63,920 nucleotides of DNA, filler included, from Aduncisulcus paluster (GCA_024181965.1; 7 parts of 7 records of this genome joined end to end with filler, not necessarily neighbours in it), one strand, 5' to 3'; shown: positions 33,960 to 46,020, counted from the first letter of the whole stretch. Made by a program: numbers and translations. Notes: generated by a model from the sequence alone, not told the origin.

Positions 33960-36809
33960 TCATACATCATAATCAACAACCTTTTTATATACGATTGGCG
34001 AAAGAACTGTGGCCTTTGCATACCTAGTTGTGAACTCAGGCATGTACGAGAACAATGAAAGTGTATCGGAATTGTTATCCTCGATCAAATGCCACATGAT
34101 GACCTTCACAGATGTTCCAGGAGGCATTGTGGCTATGATATCATGAACATCATCTCCAAGACAAATAATAACGAAACGATCACCATAAGCAGGAGAACGT
34201 TGAGGGGTCAAATCAGAAATTGTGGATAAGGAATAAAGATCAATATCTCCTGTATCCAATGTAATAACAGTCTTTGAAGCTCTTGGAGCAGTGAGGGTGA
34301 TGTTAAGGGTTCCATTCGTTCCTGATACATCCATTGAAGGCACTACAGATAAAAGAGAGGAATCGAGTCCATCTGGAGTGATGTTGTCGACGAGTAGGAA
34401 AGGGGAATCCCCAGATACCATTCCTACAACGCTTTCAGTAGTCTTGACACCNNNNNNNNNNNNNNNNNNNNGATGTTAAGGGTTCCATTCGTTCCTGATA
34501 CATCCATTGAAGGCACTACAGATAAAAGAGAGGAATCGAGTCCATCTGGAGTGATGTTGTCGACGAGTAGGAAAGGGGAATCCCCAGATACCATTCCTAC
34601 AACGCTTTCAGTAGTCTTGACATCCCATTTATCCTCAAGCTTACGTTGCACTTTCTTCATACATGCAGTGGAACCTGGAAATCCATATCCATATGTCATT
34701 CTACCATTAGAATCCTCAACAAGAGTGGGATTGACGTAACATGGATTTTCAGATGTCCAACGAGGAAGTATGAGCACAAAAGCGAGGAGCAAAACGACAA
34801 CTGAAAATATAATCTGCTCGAATATTCCACAAATAGAAGCCTTCTTTGATGATTTCTCGTGTTGTTCACTTTGTTCTGAGCTTGATTCTGGGGAAATATC
34901 AGTTGACCGAATTTCGTCCATGCCTGAATCAATATCACTCACAGGAAGTGGACTATCTTCTTCCTTGGCATCTGATTTGGGCCTAATCATCAAGGCCAGA
35001 GACCAGGGAATTCCAATTGCCGGAAAGAGAGAAGCAACCACAGAAGGAATGATATCAGCGAGGAGGCCATCAATCCTGATGACATAACTACTCATAACCT
35101 GGTAGATCAGAACAACTGTCTCGATGCCATACCAGGTGGCAGGAATTCCACAGATTCGAAACACAATTCGAGTGAGAAGGAATCGACTCAAACGTTTCCT
35201 ACGTTTTCTCTTCTTACTATCCTCTTTCTTCTGAGATTTCGAAGAATGACGCCGTATCATTAATACAATAAAACCAGCAAGTGCAGAAAAGAAAGCTCGT
35301 GTCACCCAAATCGTAGCTGATCCAACATCAAGGATGAGTAATATGACACATTCCATCGCCAGTAATATCAAACTTCCAGCCAATGTATTATCATGAGTTA
35401 GTTTAAACCCCTTGATACCCACTAAGATGGATATCAAACTTGACAGACAAACGTTGAAGAAGAACAAAAACCATGGGGAATTAAAACCTGCAAGGGACTT
35501 CACCAATCCAAACAATATCCCTGTTACGACGGACAGTATAATTGGAATGAATGTTAGACAAAAGAGAAGACCCGCATGGGCAAAGATATCTTTGATAGAT
35601 CCTCTCTCAGGAAGGACCAAGGCAATAACAACAATACCAGCAATTGACACAGCGCCAATACAATAATACAGCCACTGAGGGAGACATATCTGCCACAACA
35701 TAAGGTCGTGGCACACTTGATCACCTTTAACAGGATCCCAGGATGAAAGGGTGGCCATCAAAGTGTCACCTTCTCCCTGAAGGTATCCTTGACCAACACT
35801 CTCAATATTATCCAACGCAGTATGATAAATGACAGCATCCTTTGTGTAAACAAGGTCAACACCATAAACATTATCATTATCACCGTTACAGTAGTTAGAA
35901 AGGTCTGTAAAAGAAGCGATTATTCCTGAGCTATATACATCATTGCTGGCGGGCAGCATGCTAACGGAATTCCCACGTAGAGCATTTCCCATCCCATGAT
36001 CTTCATTAAGGCTTCGAAGCATAAGAAGACGACCTGGATGACCCATGGATTCAAGGTTGATGATTGGACCAACATTGCCAAACCAGGAATGCTGTTTTGC
36101 ACATTGTGAACCCATCATAGATTGCTCTTCTTCTCCAAGAAAAGCAAGAACAACAGGAACCTTTGGAAGAGATTTACCAAAAACGGTCGTATTAGCATAT
36201 GCCCTTGCCAATTCAAGCATGACTGAGATATGAATGGCATCATCACTTGCACCAGGACCTGTGTTATGAGAGTCTACATGAGCAGAGATCAGGAAATGCT
36301 CATCATTTGAATCGATATTTACAGGAATAATCCGAACAAAAATATTTGAAAAGTTCTTCACACTGGCTGTGGCATTAGCAAAAGTTTCCGCTTGATAATC
36401 ACATACCTGTTCCTCAATTTCAAAAGATATATTTCCAATTTCATCGGCGATATCTTTAAAATCGGACAATTGAGTTCTGATATAATTCATTGCATAGTCA
36501 TACCCGTCAGAGAAGATCATCCTATTATTCTTCGTTATTGAGCTTGTGTTAGCTATTTCGTTGAGAAAATTACGAGCTCTTTCTTCAGAAAATTTAGATA
36601 ATGCAGTAAATTCATCCTTGGGTTCTGGAGTACGATTTAGAGACCAAAGAACGATCAAAATAAATATGAATGGATATATAATAAACCAAAAACTAGGGAA
36701 AAGCAGCTTAATACATGAAAATTAATAACACTTCTTTGTTGTTATAATAATAGGAGGAGAGAATATTTACGATCAACAATCACATTTCACATACCTTAAA
36801 TGTTGACAT
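33960..36809 (-). CDS. M28 family membrane metallopeptidase (ERMP1/Pff1-like), about 862 aa; 15-nt first exon, intron 36707-36794
   Basis: Zn ligands in SAHVDS, GASDD, GEEEQSM, NLES and YHTALD, followed by multiple TM helices. ATGTCAACATTTAAG|GTATGT...TAAG|CTG restores an N-terminal signal anchor. Removing the 173-nt gap duplication (34299-34471) joins ORF 33960-34421 in frame. Confidence 0.88.
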
Positions 36810-37356
36810 TTCGAAATATTATATCAAAGATTGCAACCAAAAACACAAATTGAAGACATTGATGATCTGAATTAATTGCTGTCAAAGAGGATATTAAAAA
36901 AATTCACTAAAGATTTAAAATAAAATGTATAAATTTTCAAATTTGCCATTCTTCTCCCACGAGTTTCCATATTGGCAAAGATGTCATCACTGATGACCAT
37001 GGCATTGTCATTTGGCTGCATTCCCACGTATTATATTATAAAAAAGCCATCCAAACTCTGATTTGGAATATTTTAAAAATATGACGATGAAATATAGCAC
37101 CCATGATACTACTCGTTCAAGGAATGATACCTTTTCACGGTTATTTGTCACAGGCTGAATTTTATCTTCCATATTCAATCAAAATTAACACAATTTTACA
37201 AATATTATCCCTTTTTCTTTCTCTATTGGTATTATGTTTCGAGAATAGCGAGGAATTAGATATTCGCATTATTATTCGTAATGGCATCAGCAAAAATGCA
37301 ATAATTGCCTTTGTTTTTCATCTATTCCTTTTTATTATATATTTTTAATATTATTG

Positions 37357-39762
37357 ATGGAAATTGATTTTAGTTCCCTTTTTCAAGGAATAACATCTTC
37401 TCGACGAATCTTCCCATATAAACATGAAAATGTCAATGTCTATGTCTTTAGAAATTGTCCACCGGATGAAGTTAAAACAAATATTCTGTTTTTGCATGGA
37501 TTTTGTATGCATGCCAATGTATATGAGCATATTTATCGAGCTTTATTGTCTTTTATTCCAAAATGCGTTATTATTGCTCCTGATCAAATTGGGTATGGTA
37601 TTTCCACAGGAAACAAAAGTGATTTTACGAGTTTACATGATTGGATTGAAGTTGCATATAGGACATTTTGTCTTGTTGTTCCACCCAAATCCGAGTCAAA
37701 ATATCTTTCCTCATCTACTATTGATCAAATTCCCTTCAATCCTACTGAAATGCCATATCTATCACGGACTCGGAACCCATTCCCAAATATTTCTTCATCC
37801 TTTATTTTTGGACATTCTCTTGGTTGCGTCATTACTCTCTTTTTATCCATTCTTCACCCAGAAACTCGTAAAAATGGTGGGGTAATCATGTCTGCACCAT
37901 GCATGGCCATTGATTTTTGGACTCGTCATACTTTCTGGTTAAAAGTTCTATATCGATTGACACAATCCTCAATTCTATCCAAACATGTGTATATTCCCAT
38001 TGGATTAGCTATTAGTAGACACGGGAGTGAAAGTCCATATGCTTTATCGGAAGGGCAGCTGTCAAGAGTTATATCTACAGATGATTTCGAGGATATTGAA
38101 GATTCCTCCCTATCTTCATGTGATCCTCATTCAACAGAAGTCCCATCATACCAGTCACCAAGTCGTTGTATTGATGATGCAAGTGCCATCAAGGACTCTC
38201 ATATAAAATCAAGTGAAATGGACGTGGGAACCATTATTTCGTCAAGAACTGTCATCAAGGATGGGAAGAAACATTTTGGACCTGCAATAACCCCCCTCAA
38301 AGATAACCCAAAAGTCAAAACTGATGCTGAGATTTTAAGAGCTTTAAGGAATATTAAGAAAGCAAAGAAAGGGAAGAGACAATGTCTTGTATTCTCAAAG
38401 AAAGTCTCAAAAGCCGAAGAAGAAATCCCATCTGATCTAAGGTGTAAATATCCAGATTCTACCCTTACTTCTTCACAGAGATTTCCTCCAGAAGATAAGG
38501 AAATGTCTCGTAAACCCAAACCTATTCCATACTCCGACACTTCTCCAATAGCTCCTGAGTCATTTGCTTTGACTTCCTTACTATGTGGATGCATTTCAAC
38601 AAGAGATTGCAAAAGCAAAAGCTCTCGGAAGGGGAGGAGAAAGTTCTTTGATGGGGACAAACAGAGAAAGAAACATCATCAGTCTTTGCCAACGCATCAA
38701 CAGGAAGGAATGACAGCTCCAACTTCCACCTTAGCAAAAACAAGGAGGAAGAAGAAGGGTGAATTGCTGTTTGATGAAAATAGTCATATATCACAGCAAG
38801 ATGACAGAGGTGACGATTTGCATGATATATGTTCTTCCAGTCATTGTGATTGTGGTGAATCATCAACTTTTGCTTCTCACAATATTCACCAACGATCATG
38901 CCTTCCATCAGTTGGTTCTAGGTGTCCTCCAAGAACAAGACTTGACATTTCTAGTAGAGATGGAACAGTTGATGCTTCTATTTCTCCATCCCTTAAGAAA
39001 TTCCACCCCCATCCCTTATTGATACGTCAAAGAATCATTTCTAGCCATCGATCAAGTGTTTTCTATAACCCATGCAACAAATACAACAAGATCGGATCAT
39101 TCACCATGTCCTTATCAGCCATCAAAGTCCCTATACTGTTCACATACTCTGCCAGGCAAGTATTGAATGAGGCAGCTTGGTTGTATAATATTCGCTTCCA
39201 CGATCAACATTCGAGGATTGGACAAGATCTCAGAGGAATTGAACCTCGAGATGGATCTATTATTAGATCTAGTTCTGATGGTTCCTTGGTAGATGAAGGT
39301 GAAGGAGATGATGATGAAAGGATGGGTGATTTGTTAGCTCCGAGAGAAGGAAGTGGGATGAGATCATCAGCTTTATTATTAAGAGATAGAGAAGATAGTG
39401 AAGAAGATTCAAATTCTATTGGACAAACATCAGCTGTGAGACAATCTGTTGACATGGGTTCGGAGGGAGCTGAAGATTATGAGGAACAAGGAGAGCAAGA
39501 AGTGGAAGAGATGAGAACAGAATATTTGTACAAAGATGAGATGAAACCACAAGCATCGAGTATCAGAAGCCATGTTTGTCCCACAACAGAATCCATTAGT
39601 GATCCTGCCACTGATCCAAAAATAGAATGGTCTATTAATACCAATCAAGTATCAATCAGTGCAAGAGACCATGCAGACCCCTCAAAAGAATCGACTTCGA
39701 TTGAAGCTGAGTGTGAGGAGACTTGGATGGGAATACTCACAAAGATTCTGCAAGTGGAATAA
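37357..39762 (+). CDS. Alpha/beta hydrolase (monoacylglycerol lipase/Hydrolase_4-like) with long low-complexity insertions
   Basis: FLHGF oxyanion motif, APDQIGYGIS, nucleophile elbow FGHSLG and IMSAP. Confidence 0.8.
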   Translation: MEIDFSSLFQGITSSRRIFPYKHENVNVYVFRNCPPDEVKTNILFLHGFCMHANVYEHIYRALLSFIPKCVIIAPDQIGYGISTGNKSDFTSLHDWIEVAYRTFCLVVPPKSESKYLSSSTIDQIPFNPTEMPYLSRTRNPFPNISSSFIFGHSLGCVITLFLSILHPETRKNGGVIMSAPCMAIDFWTRHTFWLKVLYRLTQSSILSKHVYIPIGLAISRHGSESPYALSEGQLSRVISTDDFEDIEDSSLSSCDPHSTEVPSYQSPSRCIDDASAIKDSHIKSSEMDVGTIISSRTVIKDGKKHFGPAITPLKDNPKVKTDAEILRALRNIKKAKKGKRQCLVFSKKVSKAEEEIPSDLRCKYPDSTLTSSQRFPPEDKEMSRKPKPIPYSDTSPIAPESFALTSLLCGCISTRDCKSKSSRKGRRKFFDGDKQRKKHHQSLPTHQQEGMTAPTSTLAKTRRKKKGELLFDENSHISQQDDRGDDLHDICSSSHCDCGESSTFASHNIHQRSCLPSVGSRCPPRTRLDISSRDGTVDASISPSLKKFHPHPLLIRQRIISSHRSSVFYNPCNKYNKIGSFTMSLSAIKVPILFTYSARQVLNEAAWLYNIRFHDQHSRIGQDLRGIEPRDGSIIRSSSDGSLVDEGEGDDDERMGDLLAPREGSGMRSSALLLRDREDSEEDSNSIGQTSAVRQSVDMGSEGAEDYEEQGEQEVEEMRTEYLYKDEMKPQASSIRSHVCPTTESISDPATDPKIEWSINTNQVSISARDHADPSKESTSIEAECEETWMGILTKILQVE

Positions 39763-39810
39763 TAAACTCCAAGTTGTAAAATCTATATACAATTAATATA
39801 ACCTTTCAAT

Positions 39811-39905
39811 CCATTATACTGTACTATACTATACTATACTGGGTGATAATAGTACAGTATAGTACAGTATAGTACAGTATAGTACAGTATAGTACAGTAT
39901 AGTGG
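39811..39905. repeat. Fold-back element with (AGTACAGTAT)x5 minisatellite
   Basis: Five 10-bp units at 39851-39900; 39811-39830 is the reverse complement of 39886-39905 at 19/20 positions. Confidence 0.85.
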
Positions 39906-40133
39906 TTTAGTTTAGAACATCACAAATATAAAAACATTCCACACAATAATACATCAAGTCTTGATTCAAGATGAGAGTGACAGATTTCTGTCACAGAATG
40001 CGAATTAGGTACAGAATACTATTCTGACTCAGAATTTCTCTGAGAATAGTAAAGTAAAGTACAGTATACTATCTATCCAATAGGACATTATCCACTATTA
40101 ATAACCCACTGGTGTTGCTGAGCATGCTTTCAT

Positions 40134-41420
40134 TCACATGTCATCATAAAGATTCAGATTCAATGATCCCTGGGTCGAATTCCTCATTCTACACACCATA
40201 TGCCCAGAGTTGCCTACACGCCCTCTGACTCTCTCTTCTGTGTTCTCAAAGATATATACCTCATCGGTGGTGGACCAATCAACAAGATTCACTTGACATC
40301 GTGATGAATCAAGACACTCCAAGTCAAATGTGCCCGAATATAGGTCTTCACCGAGCATGGCAGTGATGGTACCACTGTTAGCTTCAACAATAATACTCCC
40401 CCCAACACGTTGAAGCGTCAAAGATCCATTCTGAACACTAGATTCTATTCCTTCATCGACAATAAACCCATTGATATAGGCAGATCCTGTTCCCAAAGCT
40501 AAATCACATTTCGAGGCTGAAATATTGACAAGTTCGATGTTACCATTGGTTAGTTGCGTGGTTAACGAAGTAAAATAGGAATCTACTCCAGTTATAACGA
40601 TATCACCTTCATAAATACTGGTGAATAAGGACAGTTCAAGTTCAGCAGGGAATATTATTGACACATTGAGCTGAATACAAACGCCCTTTATATTATAATC
40701 AGGAGTGGGAGGTAGAGGAGGAGGCGTTGGATCACCATAACTATCAATCATTGAATCACATTGGCATTCGTCAGAATTGTCAGAAAGATAGCCAGTACAT
40801 ATCAAATCACAGCGACTAACCGGCTTAGTCATTGCACTATAGCTCTCTTGATCAACAATCATTACTCCAGTCGTGAATCCATCTTGATTATATATTGGTT
40901 CAACAATAGGCGCAATTCGATCGAAAGTAGATTTTTTCAGAGCTGAATATTCAATAACAACAGACACCGTTTTTTTAGTTTCATCCGAACGATAATAATG
41001 CATTGAAACCTGTGGTTTTACCTCATATGAAATATTCTCAGAATTTGAACTGATATCAATCTGACCTTTTGGGAGGCTAATAATAACGTCAGAAAAGGCG
41101 GATGTTCCATCATCGTTGTACATTTCATAATTATATTCAATATGTTCTTTGAAATGAGGATTAGAACATATAAAATAGGTCACAACAGTGGAAAGTGAGA
41201 TAAGTCCGACAACAATCGCAAAAATAATAAAAGCAAAAAGCCACCGCTCTAATTTTTCCTTTTTTAAATGTTGATACGCTGTGTGATGGATATCATCAGA
41301 AATTGATGATGGGTGCTCATCGGAATATTCTTTTCCATTAAGGGCTTCATAATCACCAAAAAGAAGGCATTGAGATTCGCCAGAAGATATAGCATCCATG
41401 TCAGAATAATTCTTTTTCAT
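40134..41420 (-). CDS. Type-II membrane protein with DUF4097/adhesin-like beta-strand repeats
   Basis: Single TM (WLFAFIIFAIVVGLISLSTVVTYFI); repeated TNGNIEL, GTGSAYI, QNGSLTL, NSGTITA units. Confidence 0.6.
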   Translation of the reverse strand: MKKNYSDMDAISSGESQCLLFGDYEALNGKEYSDEHPSSISDDIHHTAYQHLKKEKLERWLFAFIIFAIVVGLISLSTVVTYFICSNPHFKEHIEYNYEMYNDDGTSAFSDVIISLPKGQIDISSNSENISYEVKPQVSMHYYRSDETKKTVSVVIEYSALKKSTFDRIAPIVEPIYNQDGFTTGVMIVDQESYSAMTKPVSRCDLICTGYLSDNSDECQCDSMIDSYGDPTPPPLPPTPDYNIKGVCIQLNVSIIFPAELELSLFTSIYEGDIVITGVDSYFTSLTTQLTNGNIELVNISASKCDLALGTGSAYINGFIVDEGIESSVQNGSLTLQRVGGSIIVEANSGTITAMLGEDLYSGTFDLECLDSSRCQVNLVDWSTTDEVYIFENTEERVRGRVGNSGHMVCRMRNSTQGSLNLNLYDDM

Positions 41421-41550
41421 TAATTTCCCATGGGGAACGAGAAAACTTGGATTTCAAACTTAAATTCTGATGTCTTTCAATAATCCCAATTTAATACTTC
41501 TTTTTCATTATTATCGAATATTAAAATAAAATATAATGGTATTTTACTTT

Positions 41551-42225
41551 TCATTTTTCGCTGGTTTTAGGACTAGGGAAAATTGACATTTTATCTTTCA
41601 TATGTTCATACATTTCAATGAATTCTTCGTATTGCATAACATCTTTGACACTGCTTCCATATTCTTTCATTATACTTTTCGCTGACTCAGGCGAAACTCC
41701 AACCTGAGAAGCAATTTGAAGTAGATCGGAGATTGATATTATGGAAGGAGTAGAAAATGTATCATAATCTAATTTAGGCGATGATTTTGGTATACCAATG
41801 ACGCTTTTATCGTCCTGATCATCATTTTGTGATGTTTCAGTTTCATGTCCTTCATCAAGATCGTTTTTATCATCTTCCTTAGCTTCTTTAATTTCTTCTG
41901 GATCTTCAATAACAACTTTCAAAAGATCTTCAACGCTAGTTTGAGCAAGGCGGGAGAATAAAACCTTGAGATCATCTTCGAAAGATCTTGATTTAATTAA
42001 ACTAATTACAGTCTCATAAAAGACAGGATATTCAACAATTTTGGCTGAAGATCCAAGTGGATTTATGGAAATACTATCAAATAATTCTTTACATGCAACT
42101 TTGGAGATGGGAAAACCAAGTGATCGCAAAGAAGCAAAGAACCCACTATCATCAAGTTGAGAATAATCATCTGCAAATATTCGATATGTTTCTTCAATAT
42201 CTTCTGTATCTATAAGAAGTGACAT
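41551..42225 (-). CDS. Divergent EF-hand (calmodulin/centrin-like) protein
   Basis: IEETYRIF...LRSLGF...VEYPVF...EDDLKVLF...ISISDLLQIA...MQYEEFIEM follows the centrin layout with degenerate loops. Confidence 0.6.
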   Translation of the reverse strand: MSLLIDTEDIEETYRIFADDYSQLDDSGFFASLRSLGFPISKVACKELFDSISINPLGSSAKIVEYPVFYETVISLIKSRSFEDDLKVLFSRLAQTSVEDLLKVVIEDPEEIKEAKEDDKNDLDEGHETETSQNDDQDDKSVIGIPKSSPKLDYDTFSTPSIISISDLLQIASQVGVSPESAKSIMKEYGSSVKDVMQYEEFIEMYEHMKDKMSIFPSPKTSEK

Positions 42226-42894
42226 TCGATATTTTCTGTGTATTATGTGATTTTTGAAAAAGAGATATTTGTGATTATTCTAGAATAAATAATGGTAATT
42301 TTTAGTTAAATGTTCAAATAAAAACAATAATCCTAGTATTTTAAAGCCTGTTTATACTTTCAACAAGGTGTGGTGACAAAAACAAAGAATGAAGAATTTG
42401 AAAGGGCGATTTCCAATGCTATCTATCGTATAATTAAAATAAATATCATTTATTTTGCAAATAATAATGTCCAATATTAATATACTTATCTGATGAGTTA
42501 GAAATGGAAAAACCGTATAAATGGTAAATAAGGTGAATAAATCTAAAATCAAGATAAATTGTGAATAATGACCGAGCGAATGTTTAATAATAATTTAGAA
42601 TGGCAGCATAATTCCATTACAAAAGGTGTTTATCCATTGAGATTATCGACGGATCCATTTAGTAGTACTAACAACTGAGTTGTAGTACAACTGGGGATGT
42701 CTTCGATACCTTTAGCAGACATAAGGACAATAGAGCGGAAGTAATAGAGATAGATGTGACAAGGAATAACTAGTTTTTGTAGTGTATTGCACGATCAACC
42801 CAAAGACTACGACTATAATGTACTCAATATAACAAAGAAATACATTGATTTTGAAGTATTTTGTCAAATATATTCTTTATAAATTGTATTATTA

Positions 42895-44328
42895 TTATCC
42901 CTTTTTGTTCTGACACATTGAAGGAAAAGGTTCCCAAACAAGTCTGGAAGGATCGAGAGTTTCTTCGCCTAACCATTTCTTTGCCTTTTCCGGCGGACAA
43001 TATATGACAGAATCTCCCCTTGGAAGGTCCTTTATGAGCTTTAAAGCAGCCAGGGTCTGATACACTTGATCAACCTGGATGTGCGTTACTTGGGAGATCT
43101 GTTGGATAGAAGCCTCTTTCTTGTCCTTCAAATATCGAATGATCTCTCGTTTCCAGTATGATAAGAACAGAACAAGCCCAAGATCAGACAAAGGTTCCTC
43201 GGGACCAGCGATTCTTCCCTCTTTCTTTGCCAACATATAGGACATGGCTACCAACTTTCGACCATAGCCACAACCTTGATAGCATGGCACTGTTGCAATA
43301 CAACTGAGGATATTCTCACTCTCTTTCTCTTTGCTGAAATAACCAACCATGTGATATCCATACTCATCTTTTCGGCACATAACATAGTATAAAAAGGCTT
43401 CAACTTCATAAAACAAAGCCTTGTCATCCAAGAAAAACTTTGCAAAGAGACATAAGTTCTGACAATATACCTTTTGCAACCTTCCATCGACTTCAANNNN
43501 NNNNNNNNNNNNNNNNGACATGGCTACCAACTTTCGACCATAGCCACAACCTTGATAGCATGGCACTGTTGCAATACAACTGAGGATATTCTCACTCTCT
43601 TTCTCTTTGCTGAAATAACCAACCATGTGATATCCATACTCATCTTTTCGGCACATAACATAGTATAAAAAGGCTTCAACTTCATAAAACAAAGCCTTGT
43701 CATCCAAGAAAAACTTTGCAAAGAGACATAAGTTCTGACAATATACCTTTTGCAACCTTCCATCGACTTCAAAACAGCTTACATTGGCATCCCGATATAT
43801 CTCATCTCCAGGTGGGTATCGAAGATCACATTTCGACCGATGCCGTTTGTAGCGAATGGGATCACTGAAATATGACAAACAAAACTCACAGATATAAAGT
43901 TTCTCACAGGCTCCATATTCATCGGGATAGGGAGACCAATACCACGTGGAGATTTCATACTTTCCAAACTCAACTTTGGCAATAGTTTTGGCTTTGATTT
44001 CAACATGTTCTTCGGTTCTGGGTGCTCGAAGACGCTTACTCGACCGTGTTTCATCAGATTTCGATACTTTCTGTGCCGGGCGGATTTCCCTTTCTGGAAT
44101 CCAGGAATCCCACCGTTTGTTCATTCCAATAAAATGAATATAGTATTCTATTACATCTTCGTGTATTCTACTTCCACAAATTTGAGCACGAGCTGAATAA
44201 AGGTATAAATGAGAAAATGATTAGAAAAATGATTCTATTCGCAATCTACATATAGTATAATGAAACATACCCCATTCACCATCAAATTCAACCTCAACTT
44301 TCGAGGCTGAATTATATTGAAATGTCAT
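42895..44328 (-). CDS. MYST-family histone acetyltransferase (Esa1/Tip60/MOF-like), about 359 aa; intron 44193-44270
   Basis: Tudor-knot (YYIHFIGMNKRWDSW) completed by exon 44271-44328 via GTATGT...CTAAT...CAG; WYWSPYP, C2HC finger (CEFCLSY), CQNLCLFAK, GYFSKEK, LSCI and PEEPLSDLG. 43241-43496 duplicates 43517-43772 across a 20-N gap. Confidence 0.95.
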
Positions 44329-44500
44329 ATTGACGGCAAAAGAGTTCAAATTCCCTATCTATTTCATTAAATGTAATTATAATACAATACCTCACTTCTC
44401 AGTTCATTTATCTTCATTGTTATTGTTAATCAATTTGAAATCAGCTATCTGATGGTTCTATAACGGTGCATTTTCTTTTTGTTTCATTTTGGAGACAATC
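44329..44500. promoter_or_regulatory. Putative bidirectional promoter between the MYST HAT and MED10
   Basis: 172-bp AT-rich spacer between divergent ATGs at 44328 and 44501. Confidence 0.55.
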
Positions 44501-45043
44501 ATGGATATATTGGCATCTGTTGAGGAGAATGCTGCTGAATTAGAGAAAATGACGAAAGAAATGATTGACCAAATTACTAGATTATCGCATTGTAGCAAGG
44601 ACGTTTTAGATGTCTCGAAAACTCCTGATCAGAAGTCAAAAGCTTTATGTGATATGCAATCTGAACTGTAAGTATACTTTTTAATTATTACTTCCGTGAA
44701 TTTATTTTTCTCTCCCTCTTATTATGTTTTATTATAATTTTCACACCACAGAGTAAGTATTCCGCCATCATTGACTTCATTAACTGAAAAAGCAAAGGAA
44801 TTTGGTGAAGATGAGACTGGTGTTGCTCTTGATGTCACAGTACTCGAATATATAGATAGAGGAGAACCTCCAGAAAAATATACTCATGTTCAATCAAAGG
44901 ATATTCTCAAAGATAATAAGGTGATTGCCACTAAAATTCAAGCATTAACAAGGACACATCAAATATTTCTTCAGGAAGTAGAGAAAATATTACCTGGTTA
45001 TACCAAACACTATAGAACCCTCCTCAAGCCTTACCATGAGTGA
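44501..45043 (+). CDS. MED10: Mediator subunit MED10/Nut2-like, 152 aa; intron 44668-44751
   Basis: A GTAAGT...CAG intron joins ORFs 44489-44671 and 44771-45043 in frame; VLEYIDRGEPPEKYT resembles the Med10 signature (EYIDxGxNPxxYT). Confidence 0.7.
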
Positions 45044-46020
45044 GCAAATATTATTCTGCTCATAAATGTTTTGGATTATGGATAAATTATGATATAAATG
45101 CTTTAAAATACCCTTGGGTATCAATGACCTCGATCCAGTTGTACTATTAGTACTTATTCATATATCCACTTTTGAAGCACATTTTGTCATTCTGAAATCA
45201 TATGACACCGATAAATATTCTGATCAAATGTCATTTAATGCGTTCATTCTAACATTAGTCTAATGTCTTTAGATTTGCATGATCTTTGCCTTCAAAACAA
45301 TTACTGCATAATCTCTGAATTGATGATCTGACTCTTCAGCAGTTCTGTAAATTAGATCTACAGACTGTTATACAGAACTACTCAGTACTAGATCTCTACT
45401 GACCATAGAATGGTACAGTCTGTATCCATGGCATAGAATGAAATAATTATCAATAAAATACAATAATATTATTTCCTATCCCCTTTGATTTTTAATTGAC
45501 CCTTAAATGTGATTTTTGTTGTGTGTTTTCATCCGAGAAAACTCTAAAATTGGATTGATGAGTGAAACAATCATTTGAATTTTTTATTCTCCTTTTTTTT
45601 CGCTTATTCGTTCAGTTGCAGCCCCCACTTTTCCACCCTCTGTCTAGAGAATGAAAGTTTACGAGTAGTTTTCAATGATTTCTGGAGGACTATACAACGT
45701 GGGATAGAATGGTGGCAACTCCAACGGTATCTGGGTGGGATGTGGATTTCATGTTGAAAAATGATTGCATCTCAATATAGTTACCAATATTTATTTAAGA
45801 GATAACAATGTTTTGTATGATTGAAATGTGTCTTTCGTTCTTTTACGAAGAAATGTCTTAAAGATGGTATTCTGCTTTTGGAGTTGTCACACGATTATGG
45901 AAAACATAGACAATAACTCATGTTAATTGAGATATTAAATAAATATGGCATTTTTTTCATGTTTTCTCATTTTGAAAGTTTATTTTCCATTTTTGATGAT
46001 AATGAAAGAATATTAGAAGG

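Noticed and set aside
39851-39900. (AGTACAGTAT)x5 as telomeric repeat or CRISPR
   Set aside because: Short, internal, between genes, no G-tract and no spacers.
43241-43772. Apparent internal duplication of the MYST domain
   Set aside because: Identical 256-bp copies around a 20-N gap; collapsing them gives a normal HAT.
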